Below, in pieces: positions 1-14,525 of a DNA stretch of 64,000 nt (position 1 is its first letter; each line of letters starts with the position of its first letter). The position numbers were made by a program, and so were the translations under genes. Source of the stretch: Eledone cirrhosa (Eukaryota); contig OZ024751.1 in assembly GCA_964016885.1 (NCBI GenBank), positions 42,284,001 to 42,348,000 on the forward strand. The letters run 5' to 3'. Under the pieces are notes generated by a model. The model was not told where the DNA came from, searched no databases, and was given only the letters and a program-made list of their open reading frames with translations.

Positions 1-362
1 GTTATATTTTTTGAACCATATACGAGAATATCTCATTTGTTTGCTAATAAAGATATTTTTATAAGGTAGCTCCCTATTACAATAATACACTAAAGGTCAG
101 CAGCTTTCAGTAGAAGAGTTTATACTCCCAACAGTTAAGACACAGGTGGTTAAGACGATCTATGCAATTAAAACATTCTTAGTTAAGACATATCTAGTTA
201 AGACATACTTACATAGTTAAGACCTTCAACAAAACACCAATTCCGTTCCTTTATTATATGAGTCACAATGCCTTGTTTTCCTTTGTCTCTGCCAGTTAAT
301 ATCTCCACCTAAGAAAATACATTAAAAAAAACAACAATTCTTAGTTGAATAACACACAGATG

Positions 363-407
<45 letters not shown>

Positions 408-578
408 TATATATGAAAATATTTTCCTATTAAAGTAACATTTGAAATATAAGCCAAGGCAGCTAATCAACACATTATGTTTAGATGTGGTTTTGAAATT
501 CTCATGAGTATGAAATATATTTATGAAGTTTCAATATTTTGATGTTTGAAATGTTTTCAGTGTTGTTTAGAGCATAGT

Positions 579-833
579 TTTGTTTCACAACTCCCCTACG
601 TTTTATAACATTTCAACAAGTTACTCCATTCTTTGTTTCACAACTCCACTACGTTTTATAACATTTCAACAAGTTACTCCATTCTTTGTTTCACAACTCC
701 ACTACATTTTATAACATTTCAACAAATTACTCCATTCTTTGTTTCACAACTCCACTACATTTTATAACATTTCAACAAATTACTCCATTCTTTGTTTCAC
801 AACTCCACTACGTTTTATAACATTTCAACAAGT
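579..833. repeat. 53-bp tandem repeat, about 4.8 copies
   Basis: Units start at 579, 632, 685, 738, 791. Confidence 0.95.
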
Positions 834-1188
834 TTTTTTTACGCATATACGCAGTATATATAGAGTAATATGAATACTAAAGGGTTAAATATCCCATGGC
901 ACAGACTGAACCAGGCCAGCACGGAAAAACATATGATGATGATGATGATGTTGATGATAAACAGGAGGCAGTTCCACCTCTCCCCTCACACTCAAAGTAA
1001 CAAACAACAATTATATAGTTAAGAAAATAGTTTTTATTCAAACTGGATATTGTAATCTCGATGAACAATCTTCTGTTTACACTGGACAGAGAGAGGCAAG
1101 TGAAATACTGACATCTTTTTTCCAATAGTTGTGTGAAATAAGGAGAAAACAGGCAGATACTACTTATTCAATAAACACTTCTTTTGCT

Positions 1189-1228
<40 letters not shown>

Positions 1229-1231
<3 letters not shown>

Positions 1232-1306
1232 GGTGTTCCCCCCAAAATGTATATACACATCAAAAGGATTGTAATCAAAGTGTGTAAAAAAGTTTTTGGG
1301 ACACCC

Positions 1307-1310
<4 letters not shown>
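1229..1310. mobile_element. Tiny Tc1/mariner-like relic
   Basis: CAGGGTGTTCC ... GGGACACCCTATA inverted ends within CA/TA microsatellite. Confidence 0.45.
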
Positions 1311-1340
<30 letters not shown>

Positions 1341-1348
1341 TGTATTAA

Positions 1349-1538
1349 CCCTTTAGCATTTAAACTGGCTATATCCGGCCAGAATCTCTCACCTCTTCCT
1401 GTTCAAAATGGCTGGTCATACTCATGTTAAGATATTCTCAAAATAAATAATATCAAAATCTCAGATTCGATATTATGTGAGAAAGTGTTTACCGTGAAAA
1501 CACAGTAGTAAATATAGAGTAATGTAAATGCTAAAGGG
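1349..1538. mobile_element. piggyBac-type MITE
   Basis: TIRs CCCTTTAGCATTTA / TAAATGCTAAAGGG flanked by TTAA on both sides; related copies at about 17117-17292 and 59640-60032. Confidence 0.85.
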
Positions 1539-2594
1539 TTAAGGTTTATTCTTGGAACTGTCGAGCTAGTAGTCTAGTATTTTAACCACTAACTATAATC
1601 TCATATTAGTAAATTATTTTTGATACCTCTGGGTGATGGAAATATTATTAAAATGGCATCTGTGAGGTTTAAAAGTTAACTGACGAAACAACTGACTATA
1701 GCTAGCATAAGTGGAGTGTGGGGTGGTGGGAAGGAAAGGCTCTTCTGTTTGAAGATAGAAGATCCATAGTTATCCTTGGTCAGTTTTCAATGATATATAG
1801 CCAAAGAGCATTCTGTTGAACCAGAGCCAATTTGGATGGGTTCATAAAAAAAAAAGCATTAAACTGTAGACAAACAATCCCAAAAGAAAAGACGATTTCC
1901 CGATCCATCTAACTAGTAACAATATAAGTACTATTGTTCACTGCTATAATCAGGTGACTACGCTGGGCTTAGTGATATGAGAATTGGATTCGCAATCATG
2001 AAATTGTAAGTTTATGTGTTATGTCCTCGAGCAAAACACTTTATTTCACATTTCATTTTCTGCCAGGAGTTGTAACTGGTAGATAATATCAGCAATGGAA
2101 AGACTGATGGAAACATGGTTTGATTTAACAAGTTCCACCTGATTTGGTAAGTGAATGAGGTCTAGGATTTTATCGGTCAACTTACTTTCCTTTTCCTTTA
2201 TAATCAGTACAAGCAGTTATACAAGATATTTAATTAAATTAGTTTCCATAGAGATGCATGGATTAATTTATTTTTGATACCTTTCACAAAAACACGGTAT
2301 AAACTTTTTGTATGGGTTAGATGGATTGTCACATTATGAAACAAATCTTGCTCATATGGATCTGTATTTTGGCTTGGTTTCAACAGCCTTCTTAACGCCA
2401 ACCATATTTATTTAAAAAACCTATCATAATTTCATGTAAGAACCTTTAAGTTATGCACCAAGTTAATAATGGGAAAGCTAGTTATATTACTAAATCAAAT
2501 TCACAACCTCCCGATTGCAAGCCTATGCTCTAACCACTAAGCCATGCCGATGGTTTTCAAATAATTTGGAGGGTTTTAATATTTATAAAGGCAA

Positions 2595-2790
2595 AGGAGA
2601 ATGAAACTTGTTGGTGAGTGCAGGGTTAGCAAGTGATCTTGTTCTGTGGGAACCATCTGATGGGTACACAAATAGGGATAGAAGGAAAAGAAATTACATT
2701 GATAGCCTGCTGGAAGATACCGGAGTGTAAAGTGTAGGAGAGTTCAGAACACTGATGATAGATACTGAGCTTTGGAGGGCATTGTGTAGA
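2595..2790 (+). mobile_element. Decayed LINE C-terminal fragment
   Basis: ASDLVLWEPSDGYTNRDRRKRNYIDSLLEDTG resembles a LINE ORF2 C-terminus. Confidence 0.5.
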
Positions 2791-5700
2791 CATTGGTGTT
2801 GCCATTATAGTCAGCAGAGCTAGATCGATAGTATTATAAGTAACTTTCTCAAAATTAACCTGGTGTTGTATTTGAAACCCTCACAGTCAACAGCCACCCA
2901 CCTCAAATATGGATTAAATAACCTCACCAACCTGCAATTTGCCAAGTGTGGTGAGTATAGCTACACCCCTGATGTGGTGAGTGTGGCTACACCCTCGACA
3001 TGACCAAAACCAAAAGCAGTGAAGGTCAACCAAGGAGGTGTTCCTCCAACAGGAGTGAGAAGGTCTTGGATTGGATTAGTTAACAGTCTTCAGCTGAAAT
3101 GTTCCTCCCAGGTGTCCACATAAAACAGAATGGAACCTATTACACTGAACTGGTTCTTCTCAAAGGTTCTTACATATTATTAGGATTGAAGGCTTTTTTT
3201 CAGATAAATATAAACACTTAAAGATAAACAGATTGGTATCATAGATCCAGAGGTAATTCCAGGTGGCTTAGTGTCAAAAGCCTAAAGTCTGTCTCGAGCC
3301 CGGAGACTCATCAGAGCAGTGCTTATCCTGCTTTCTGTGGCGTTAAGTGACTGAGAGTAAAAGACTTCCCCCTGGACAGGACACTAATCCATCACAAGAT
3401 TAAACCCTCAGCTATTTCTGGTATTTATTTTCAGCTGAGTATACTGGAGTAACGTGAAATGAAGTGTTTTGCTCAAGAACACAACACCTAACCCAGTCCA
3501 GGAATCGAAACCACAACATTTTGATTGTTAGTCCAACACACTTACCACTAGTAATTAAGCTGATGTTTTATTTGATTAGTTTAGAGTCATTAGCTGAAAT
3601 GTTACTCCCATGTGTCTACTTAGAACAGAATGATGTGATGCAGTCATAGCGATGTTTTATACTTTTCAAGAATGACTTGCTAATGTGGTTTGATGTGGTA
3701 CAGGATGTTAAAAATTAATGAAACTCTGAACCTCTTGGCTTCATGTTAATCCAGTACAATGAAAATATTTCTCTTAATTTTAACATCCTGTAATGATTTA
3801 GCAGAAGACATTTCAAAAATGCAGTCATAGTGATGTTTTGTACTTTTCAAGAATGTAGTTTGACGTGGTACAGGATGTCAAGAGTTATTTAGCAGCAGAT
3901 ATTGTGAAAAGGGAGACTTATCAGTAAAACATTTTACTTTGTGATACAATGATAATCTGGATGACTAAAGTAGAGAATATGATAAAAACTTATTCCACTT
4001 TCAGTCAAGTTTTGCTAACTATCAAAATTGGAAGATTACGGCAGAACAATGAAAGCTGTATATGAAAAAGGAAACATTTAGGCACAAGGCCAACAATTTT
4101 GGAGGAGGAGAAAGTCGATTAAATCGACGCCAGTGCATTACTGGTACTTTATTTTATCAACCTCAAAAGGATGAAAGGCAAAGCTAACCTTGGTGGGATT
4201 TAAACTCAGAATATAAAGGGCTGTAATGTTTTGAGTTCAAATCCCGCGTTAAACATATAATAACTAGAATTACTTGAATGTGCCAAATCCTAGTAAGTTT
4301 CCTTCCCTGCAACAGGAAATTTACTAAACAGTGATGTGATGTATCATGTGACCCAGGACATCAGAATCAATATGTTCAAAATGATTGATACTTTGAATTA
4401 ATCAGAGGTAGATGCAAGAATACAATTGTTTATTAAAGAGATTCGTTTTTTCAGATTTACTTTTAAAACATTGTAAATAAAATACCACATGAAGCACCAA
4501 ATAGAAAAGTGGGGTCAAATTTTTAAGGTCTTTCTTATTTTTTTTATTCATTTATAAACATTAAAAGACTCAATATAAACACAAATAATCATATATACTT
4601 TAAAAAAAAAAGGCTTTTTAATATCTCTAATAATTTCTTTCAGTAAGAGACTGAAAGTTAATAGTTACATAAATATATTCATGTATTTTACATTTAAAAA
4701 ATGGTATATATATCTTTTAAAAGTTCCAAATTTTCAGAAAATAATTACATCATGTTTATATCGAAGTTCAAAACCATGAAAAGATATACAACTATAAATC
4801 AAAGCTGGAAAAACATGAATAACTTGGTATGGTTTTCTATGCTAGCATGGCTTAAAAATGTTACATTATTGTGTGAAGAAGTGTAATTTCACCTCGCACA
4901 TCACTGTACATCAAATGAAGTTAGTTAAATGGTAATTATAAATCACACCTCCATCTATCAATACATGTAACAAAATTATCACCCAATATTGAAGCTTCTC
5001 TTAACATTTTATTTTTCTTTATCAATTAAGTTCAATTTAATAATGCATAAAGAAATGTCAAATATATATTTCTAGGTTAATAGCAAGAAGGGTATCAGGA
5101 AATTATAAGATATATATTACCAGCCAGAGCACAGCTAACATCTCCCCCAAACTTTTATCCTAAGACAACTATCAAAAATTGTATTTAGTTATAGCTTCAG
5201 CAATCAAAATGCTTTAATGAAGACAAAAATCACAAAGTCAGCTTTGTTATTAAACAAAACAGCAACAACATGAATAACAACAATATACAGATATAAAGAA
5301 ACAAAACAAAAAAAAAAACTTGTTCCAAATATTAATATTGATTCATATGAAAGAATTATAAACAATAAAAATACAACATTAAATACAAACATTAGTTTGA
5401 ACTGATGATGAAAAAAAAAAAAAAAAAAAATTGACTAGGTTTTGAAGTCAGATCTGAGTAAGTGGCTTTCACTTCTGCTTAAAGAGAAATACCAACATAT
5501 TTCAAACATAATTGACTTTATTTTAAAGTCAAGAACTAAATAATTGATACATGGCTTTCACTTCTGCTTAAAGAGAAGAGAAATACCAACATATTTTAGA
5601 AATAATTGACTAGGTTTTAAAGTCAAGAGTTAAATAACTGAAACATGGCTTTCACTTCTGCTTAAAGAGAAATACCAATTTATTTCAAAGATTCGCTATC

Positions 5701-5886
5701 ATCTTAACCATTCTACTTTGTGTAATGAGCTTTGCTTTTTCTTTCAGTTTGTTTTTTGTTTTTTTTTTAATATAACAAATATCAGCTACATTCTAATGGT
5801 TGTAAGAGGTATTTCAAGATAACATCACTTTAGACAACCAAAAGACTCAAACAGACTCAGATGAACTGCCTACATAATTGAAAAAT

Positions 5887-6200
5887 TACTCTCAGGTCTC
5901 AAATAAATGTCCCCCTTCCTGCTTATTAAAATTTTGCTAATCTAACTCCAGCAAAATTTTATTTTAAGTGATAGAATTCCTGCAATAATTAATTTTCTTT
6001 ATACATTAAAAAAACATTATACATGACAAAAAAAGTCCGTTACTAGAAATTGTTATAAAATAAATAGGATGGGTTGGGGGTCTCAATATGTAAACTAAAC
6101 GACTAATTCTGTTTTTTTTTTTTTTAAATCAACGGAGACAACCCAGAAAAATTACAGATTTTCCAACCTCCCCTCCCCCATTATTTGGGACCTGAGAGTA
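5887..6200. mobile_element. Tc1/mariner-superfamily MITE (TA target)
   Basis: TIRs TACTCTCAGGTCTCAAATAA / TTATTTGGGACCTGAGAGTA. Confidence 0.7.
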
Positions 6201-8353
6201 AATCATAATAATCACTAAAATTATTATTATTATTGTTGTTGGGGAATATTCATGAGAAAACCATTATAGTAGAATTCAATTACAAATTCTGACACACACA
6301 CACACAGACACAAACACACCATACCACACCACACCACACATACACACACAGAAAAAACAAGTTCAAACACTAAGCAGTAAACACATTAAAGTCAGTCATA
6401 ATTCACATACAACTTTAGCACAACAACAGCAACATAGTTAACCTTCTGGGCGCTTTCGGCGACAGGAGTCGCCAATAGAATAATCTCCCCTTAGGTAATA
6501 ATGCAGTGTCAAGGGAAGTAATTCACACAAAAAATACAGCGTCCTAAAGATCAAATCAAAGTTTTTATAACAACATTGCGGCAATGAAGCACAACACGCC
6601 AGCAGTTGAAATATTAAAGACTTTCAGACAATCAGAACTTTACGTGTTAATTATATAAAGATACCAGCAGTAAAAAGACAAACAAGTTTGGAGTTTATTT
6701 TTTGTTGTTTTTTGTAGGTTTTGTTTGTTTTGTTTTGTTTTATCAACTATAATGGTTGACTTTTCAAAATAAGTTCCATGAATAATGTAGTTTATTAGGC
6801 GACAGTTCAAATAATCCCAAATAACAAGACATTCCCAATATATATTTACAGATCATTGTTATCAACTGTGTGTCAAATAGTTTTTTTCAACAGAGAGGAT
6901 GGGATGGGATGGAGAGATAGAGAGAGAGAGAGTGATAGAGATAGAGAGAGAAATTGATAAAAATAGAGAGAAAAAGAGAGATTGAGAAAGGGATAGAGAG
7001 ATATAGAGATAGAGAAAGAGAGAGAGAGAGACAAGGTGGGAGTGAGGATCACTTCACTTATAGGATGTGGGGGTGGGGGTGAGTGGAATAAAGTGAAGCA
7101 GAGAGGGTTGGCAAGGGAGGGGAGAACACACACAACCTTTTCAGCCAGTGCTATACAATATGCTGCCTTGCGAGCTGATCAACATCAAGAGAGCCCCACC
7201 CCCCCACCCTGTACACCTTATGGTAAGAGAGGGTTGAGACAAACAAGTGTACCTTATTTTCAGGGTAGCGCATTCAAATTATCAAGGTACTTAATGGTGT
7301 TAGAGTAACAACAACAACATCAACAACAACACAGCGAAAGAAGTAAACAGAAACCTGAATATTAAAACAGAGTAAACTTCATTAAACAAGTCTATATTTA
7401 TAAATGAAAGGTGAGAGAAAAATCATACAGGTAAACCTCACAAATCATGCAGGTAAACTTCACAGGTAAACCTCAATCATAGAGGTAAACCTCACAAATC
7501 ATGCATAATCATACACATTAACACCCACACACATATAAACATCCACTCATATATACACATGCATACATACACACAAATGTCCAAAAAGTTAAAATTATGT
7601 CAAATAATGAGATTTCAAAGGAAAAAACCTGCTTTATTTGTTATTATAATAATGCTGTTACTACCATAAACATCAACCATTTATTGATTATTTCACTAGA
7701 AATACCAATATGATTAGGGTTTGATTAGAATTTGCTTGAATTAAATGCAATCCTTACAAATGTTTCTTAGATACAGATCAATAAGTATGTCAGTATTAAC
7801 TTATTGAAAATATAACTAACCAGAAACTATATTACTAGTTTGAATATTAGTGTTTCTGATGTGATGCTGGTCATAGAATTACCAAAGACAATCTTTTGAA
7901 GACAAGTGAAAAAAAATAAAAAAGATTGCGAAATGATGAAGCTAGCCAACATAAACCAACAGAACTTTGTATGTTTATAGCCAGCAACTTTTGGAACACA
8001 TTCTGTGCGTATGTTTAATCGGAAGTAAAAAATAATAATGATAATATATATATATACACACACAAACACACACCTATATATATATACATATATATATATT
8101 GTACAAAGGGAGGGGAAGTTATGGAAGACTAAGACCCCTTTCTCAACTGGAAATTTATACAAATGGATAGAATCCAATGTGACATATTCAATACATTTAT
8201 AAAATGGCAGTGATACTACTACATATGAAAACTATCTCCTTTTTTTTCTTTTTGCTAAAAGGAAACATTCAATGCTTTAGCAAACATTACATTACATGGT
8301 GGCCAAAAGAAGAAGAGCCAACATATATTTCAAACAGATCAGATAAGAACAAA

Positions 8354-8394
<41 letters not shown>

Positions 8395-8528
8395 GTAGAT
8401 AAATCTACCAAGAGTTTACGGTAGTGTCCAATCCGTATGAAGAACTCAATGTAATCCGGATATCATGGAAAGAAGAGATGCAATGAAAAATCACTTTCGG
8501 TGAAAGATAAACGGAATACAGAGTCAAG

Positions 8529-8942
8529 ATAAAATATTAAAAAAATAATGAATAAAACAATGAAACAGTTCCTTATATTAAACAAAAAAAGTTCATTATT
8601 TAACGATCGTTTCTGGGATATATATGTGTTAGAATTGGCATGTATATTTAACAGATCTATGTACAAAATTATACAAAATTATACAAACTATCAAAATTAA
8701 ATATACATACCAACTCATGTATGTAAATTATACAAACTATCAAAATTAAATATACATACCAATGAGTTGGTATGTATATTTAATTTTGATAGTTTGTATA
8801 ATTTTGTATAATTTTGTACATAGATCTGTTAAATATACATGCCAATTCTAACACTTATATATCCCAGAAACGATCGTTAAATAATGAACTTTTTTTGTTT
8901 AATATAAGGAACTGTTTCATTGTTTTATTCATTATTTTTTTA

Positions 8943-8951
<9 letters not shown>
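8529..8951. repeat. Long inverted repeat: 190-bp arms (one mismatch seen), 43-bp spacer
   Basis: 8529-8718 is the reverse complement of 8762-8951; right end abuts (TA)n. Confidence 0.95.
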
Positions 8952-8987
<36 letters not shown>

Positions 8988-9128
8988 CAAGGAGGGTGTG
9001 GTAAGATACCAGGTGGACCAGTTCAGTTGACAAGCTCAGCTAGATTCCTGCCGTTCTAATACTGGTGGCTTAGTTTGGATCTAGCTGTTGAAACGGCCAG
9101 AGCTCAGCCATCAGGGTCCTGACTCTTT

Positions 9129-9180
<52 letters not shown>

Positions 9181-9293
9181 ATAACAGCTTATATAGAAGG
9201 AGAATAATTTTATGAGACATTTCAAACTTAAACGAAATCTAAGAAATGTTGAGAAAATATCAAATATCTACAATATACTTATACACACACACA

Positions 9294-9325
<32 letters not shown>

Positions 9326-10606
9326 ATTTGTGTATGTGCGTACATGTGTGCGTGTATATATATGAAATATTTGGAATAAAAAGAAAAAAAATCTCACGTT
9401 GGATCTTTTATGAGTGGAGAAAATAAAATATGGATATTTAATTTTTTTTCAATAAATTGTATAAACTGTTAAATCTATTTGTGATCAATGTATTGATAAA
9501 AATAGCAATATCAGAACCCCAATATAAAGATGATGATAATTTCTCATTTAGGCAAAGTTGAATAAATCAACCCCAGTATTTGAATGGTAGTTTATTTCAT
9601 CATGTTCGTAAGAATGAAAAGCAAAGCTACCCTTGGCAGGATTTGAACTCAGAAAGTAAAGAGCTGTAACAAATACTGCTAAGCATTTGTTTGACGCTCC
9701 AACAACTTTGCCCATTCACCGCCCTTCACATGATAATAATATTACATATTCTTATTTCCTCCACTACAAATACATAACTAGTTGTTTTCTTGTCAAAAGC
9801 ATTACAAAAATAATAATAGTAAAAAAAAATGAAACCTGCTCCTTAAAAAAGTTTGATTCGTTTCATTTGAGAGTGGACAAACACCCACCTTGAAAATAGT
9901 ACACAGTAAACAGAATTGAAAGGCTTGTAAAATAAAATCTAAAAAATATTTGAAATAAAAAAAACAAACCTATTTACAAAGACCAGAGAAAGAAGATGAA
10001 ATTCACAGGTGTAGAAGTACAGAGGAAATTATTTACAAAGACAAAGAAACAGGAAGAAATTCACAGGTGTAGAATGGATAGCTTTCTTGAAATCTCTGAC
10101 AAGAAAATCTGAAAGCAGTGTGCTATATACAAGACTGTCAGATTACAATATCTGTAGCAAATTCCAGTGAAACAATTCAAGCACAAACAATTTGAGACCT
10201 TCCTTTTTACCATAATTCAGATCTTAGTGCAACTTTAATTTAAATACATTAGAATTTCTAATGAGTTTAATACAGAAATTAAGCTTTCATTTCTTTATAT
10301 TTACACAGATTCAAAGATTTCACAAAAGAAATTCTTTACATTACAAAACAAATTTATATAATCTAGTTGTTTAGACTTAATATATCCCTCTCCATTTAAA
10401 GAAAATGTTATGTAAGCTTAACTTTACATACTACACTGTGTATGTATTATTATTAGGTTTGAATATGTATTTTTAATTACAAAGGAAATTTATTCAGCAT
10501 GGTAAATTAATAAAAATGTCTACCTACTTTCTTTCCAAACTACTAGAACTGTAGAAACCTAAAGTCAACATTAAACCACCCTCGTCTTGGAATATAAAAA
10601 TCAATA

Positions 10607-10922
10607 TATTGTATTTGCCAGCCTATTGGATGCACTTTTTTTCCAAAAATACATATAAAAATTTTCCCCGTGTTCGCTTGTATCACCAATGGGAGGTTGA
10701 ACAATGGGTGAGGACAATCATGGTTAAAAAAATTTAGTTTGTATTACTGTTAGTATTAATAATACAATTTAATTTATATAAGTAAAATGATATAAGAGTT
10801 TCTGAGAAAATAATGAAATAATTTTTAATAAATTTATGAAGAAATATACTAAAATACTTTTTTTCTCAAAATGTCCGTCCTTGTAAAACCAGGGGGTGTC
10901 CAATAGGTCAGCAAATACAGTA
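10607..10922. mobile_element. pogo/Tigger-like MITE (TA target)
   Basis: TIRs TATTGTATTTGCCAGCCTATTGGA / TCCAATAGGTCAGCAAATACAGTA. Confidence 0.65.
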
Positions 10923-12179
10923 TCTTACTAAATTTCAAGACACTATAAATAAAATCGTACATGAAAATGCTAGGTGTACTATCGAATTACCCTAAATATG
11001 TTAGCATATTTAGATATTGGAGGAAAGGGTGGAATCTTTCTTTGGTAAAGGCGCCCTGTGAATGCTGACTAGACAGTTTAGGTTCCCACAATTTAAATGT
11101 GGCATTTATACATCCATTCATTTCAGACTTATTTATTTACCTTTTTTTTTTTTTTGCTTCCTTCTTTGTAAAGAAAGAAGACAGAAATTTTTCAAAGACT
11201 TTATATTTTCTAATGCTGTTGTTCTTAATAATATTTTTGGAATCAATCGACAACACCCTAAACCTCATTTGCTTACCGAGTAGGGTGGAATTCATGAAAT
11301 CGGACCAAAGAAGCAATTTTTCGATTGGCCTTTCCATTGCTGATACTATCTACCAGTCACAACGCCTGGCAGATATTAAGTCTTTCAAATCCTTAGAGAA
11401 AATATCTAAATTTTATAAATAGACATTTCTAACAGATGAAATAGACATTTCTAACAGATGAAATTGAAATTATCAAGGTTCAAAGTTGTATCTTTAGGGC
11501 ATTTACAAAGTAAAAACAGATTACTTTGGTTCAATTAGAAATAATACTGCATAAGTTAACAATAATTTAATCTAAAATAGTTCTTACAAATTCAGCCATA
11601 TATATTAATATGGTACCAATAATACTGGTTTCTGGTTTAGGCACATGGCCAACAATTTTGGGTGCAGGGAAAGTTGATTAAATCAACCCCAGTGTGTTAC
11701 TGGTACTTTATTTTATCGACCCCCGTAAGGATGAAAGGCAAAGTTAACCTTGGTGGGATTTGAGCTCAAAACACAAAGTAACAAAGCAGGTTGTCCGATA
11801 CTCCAGTGATTCTATTGCCAATCAACCATTATAGTAACAATAATAATTCTCAATCAATTTAACAATTTAACAGTTTAAACAACTTTACTGAATAAGCATT
11901 AAAGACATCAGAAGAAATATATAAATATATAAATTGTTAAAAAAAATTTTCCTCGAAAAATGTAAATGTGTAAATGATATTGAAGATCTGATATTATACA
12001 TCTTAGCTGTTGTTCAAGAGAGAATTCAGATGAAATACATTTATCATTGATTTAAAGCTATGATGTAATTGAAAGTTATTCAAATATTCAGAATAAAATT
12101 GGTAGAGGAATCTTACATTTTATATTTGCATCTCGCAAGCAACTTGCAATCAAAGCAAATTTACAGGCAATTTGTTCAA

Positions 12180-12605
12180 GCTAAAGATATCTATGGGAGC
12201 ATAATACAGATTTAAACGATATCTAGGATAGAATAATACAGATGTAAAGATATATCTATGGGAGCACATACAGATGTAAAGATATATCTATGGGAGCATC
12301 ATACAGATGTAAAGATATATCTATGGGAGCATCATACAGATGTAAAGATATATCTATGGGAGCATCATACAGATTTAAAGATATCAATAGTAGCATAATA
12401 TAGATTTAAAGATATCTATGGGAGCATAATACAGATTAAAAAGATATATTTATGGGAGCATAATACAGATTAAAAAGATATATCTATGGGAGCGTAATAC
12501 AGATTTAAAGATATCTATGGGAGCATAATATAGATTTAAAAGATATCTAGGATAGCATAATACAGATTTAAAAGATATCTGATAGCATAATACAGATTTA
12601 AAGAG
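12180..12605. repeat. Minisatellite of about 30-32 bp (ATCTATGGGAGCATAATACAGATTTAAAG)
   Basis: Over 12 variant copies visible. Confidence 0.9.
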
Positions 12606-12821
12606 TTGAAATAGATATGAACAAAGATTAATTCTTTACATGTATTTGAAAGATTAAACACAACTAGAATTGTTGCCACAAAATCAATTTACAAAATAGA
12701 CAATGTAAGTATTTTCAGCAAAGTTTGAAAGGTTTTACTGAGGTATTTAATGGTTTAGAACAAAAGCCCTATTACCAGTAACATCAACAGATCTAAATCA
12801 ATCATTTAACTAACACCTTAA

Positions 12822-13235
12822 CCCTTTTGATACCAAACTGCCTTCAACTGCCCTTGTTTTAGGATAAAAAAACTACCCATTTTAAAATGTTCATACTTAT
12901 GTTAAAATCTTCTGTCATAATTTAATTTAAGACATTTTTGTTAAGTAATGTTCCAAACAAACAACTTAATAATAGGAAAGTTAGTTGCTTTATTAAATTC
13001 CTCTAAATTTTTAATACCATTAACCTTTTTACACGGCCAAAACCCATTTTGTATCGTCCTGTACCGCCTGTAATGTTTTTCTTCATGTTAGCCCTTGTGG
13101 CCAATAAAGAAACCATTATTATCATCATCATTATTATTATAATTATTATCATCATCATCATTATTATCATTTAAAAAATTAATTGAAATACATAGGCGGT
13201 GTATTAATTCTATTAGAAAAATGGTAACGAAAGGG
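12822..13235. mobile_element. Second TTAA-flanked (piggyBac-like) MITE family
   Basis: TTAA-CCCTTTTGATACCA ... TGGTAACGAAAGGG-TTAA imperfect TIRs; related ends near 45859 and 53215. Confidence 0.6.
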
Positions 13236-14350
13236 TTAACTGTGAGATGAAGATGGAACTTATCAAAAACTTCAGGCACAATTTTAGATTGATTTAAATT
13301 TATCAAAGAAAAGACAAACAAAGACTCTATTATACTGAAGACAAAGAAATATCTATAATGGATACCATTGAAACCATATAGAATTAGAAGAATCAATCCA
13401 AACGACTTGGTCCAAGAATATAAAAAAAAAAAAAAAAAAACAACAAAAAACAAACAAACAAACAATAAAATGAAACCAGTTTTAAAAAAAAAAGGAGAAA
13501 AAAAGCTCTTGAAAGATTTATCATAGAAAAGATCTTAACAAGGTTTATATTTTTAAATAATTTCACTAATATATTTATGTAAAAATATATTCATGATATT
13601 GAAATAACAGCTATTTACTTTTTATCATTTAAATTCAACAAACAAAGGTTTTAAGTAATTGAAAGATATTTCAAATATCCTTTTGAAGGCTGTAAAAATA
13701 CTTTTACCAAGTTAAACAAATTAACAGTCAAGCCCAGATCTTATAAATTTTCACAACAGTCAAAACCTTTTTAATTTTTGTGTAGTGTACGATCTTTGAA
13801 TTGGGGGAAGATAAAAAAAAAACACGCACACAAAAACAAAACATTTATTTCTTATTTCATTCTAAGAATAACTGCATTCTCTCCAAATCGAGAGGTAAAA
13901 AGCTTTTGGAAAAAACAAAACAAAAAAAAAAAACACAAAAAAACCCCCACACATTGAAGATATATTTGTAGAAGAGGGAGCGTGTAAAAACAGATTATAT
14001 ACCTATACAAGACAAATTGAAGAGAATAATTAGCTAGATCTGTGTTGGACTGGTATTATTATTGTTATTTCAAACACTTTACAACATTAATCTGTGAATG
14101 CCTAACAGACACATTCACACAAATAGCATATCATATTCAGTTTAGGAAATAAAAACAAAAACAAACATAAAAAAATTGTCAAAAAGAATGAAATTCATTT
14201 TCTCTATGTTAAGATTCCAAATGGGAAGATATATAAAAGCCATATATATATATACACATACATAAATAAATACATACATATATATATATATATTAAGTGT
14301 TTCCGTAGGAAAGGGAAAGGAAAGTGCTCTATGTAGGCTACAGAGTTATT

Positions 14351-14525
14351 TAGTTATGTAATAAACAACATAAGACAATTATTCCATTTACCAAAGGTTT
14401 CACGAAGACAGACGAGCTCGACAGGCGTCTGAAATTGTTTTTCAGATGTCTGTGTTGAGCTCGTCTGTCTTCGTGAAACCTTTGGTAAATGGAATAATTG
14501 TCTTATGTTGTTTATTACATAACTA
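14351..14525. repeat. Palindrome: 69-bp perfect arms extended by imperfect pairing to a small loop
   Basis: 14351-14419 is the reverse complement of 14457-14525; abuts (TA)n. Confidence 0.95.

Noticed and set aside
3280-3330. Minus-strand CTGATGA followed by a small stem
   Set aside because: Continues GAGAC rather than GAAAC, with no stem III or GUH triplet; it is part of a SINE tail (similar sequence near 53170).
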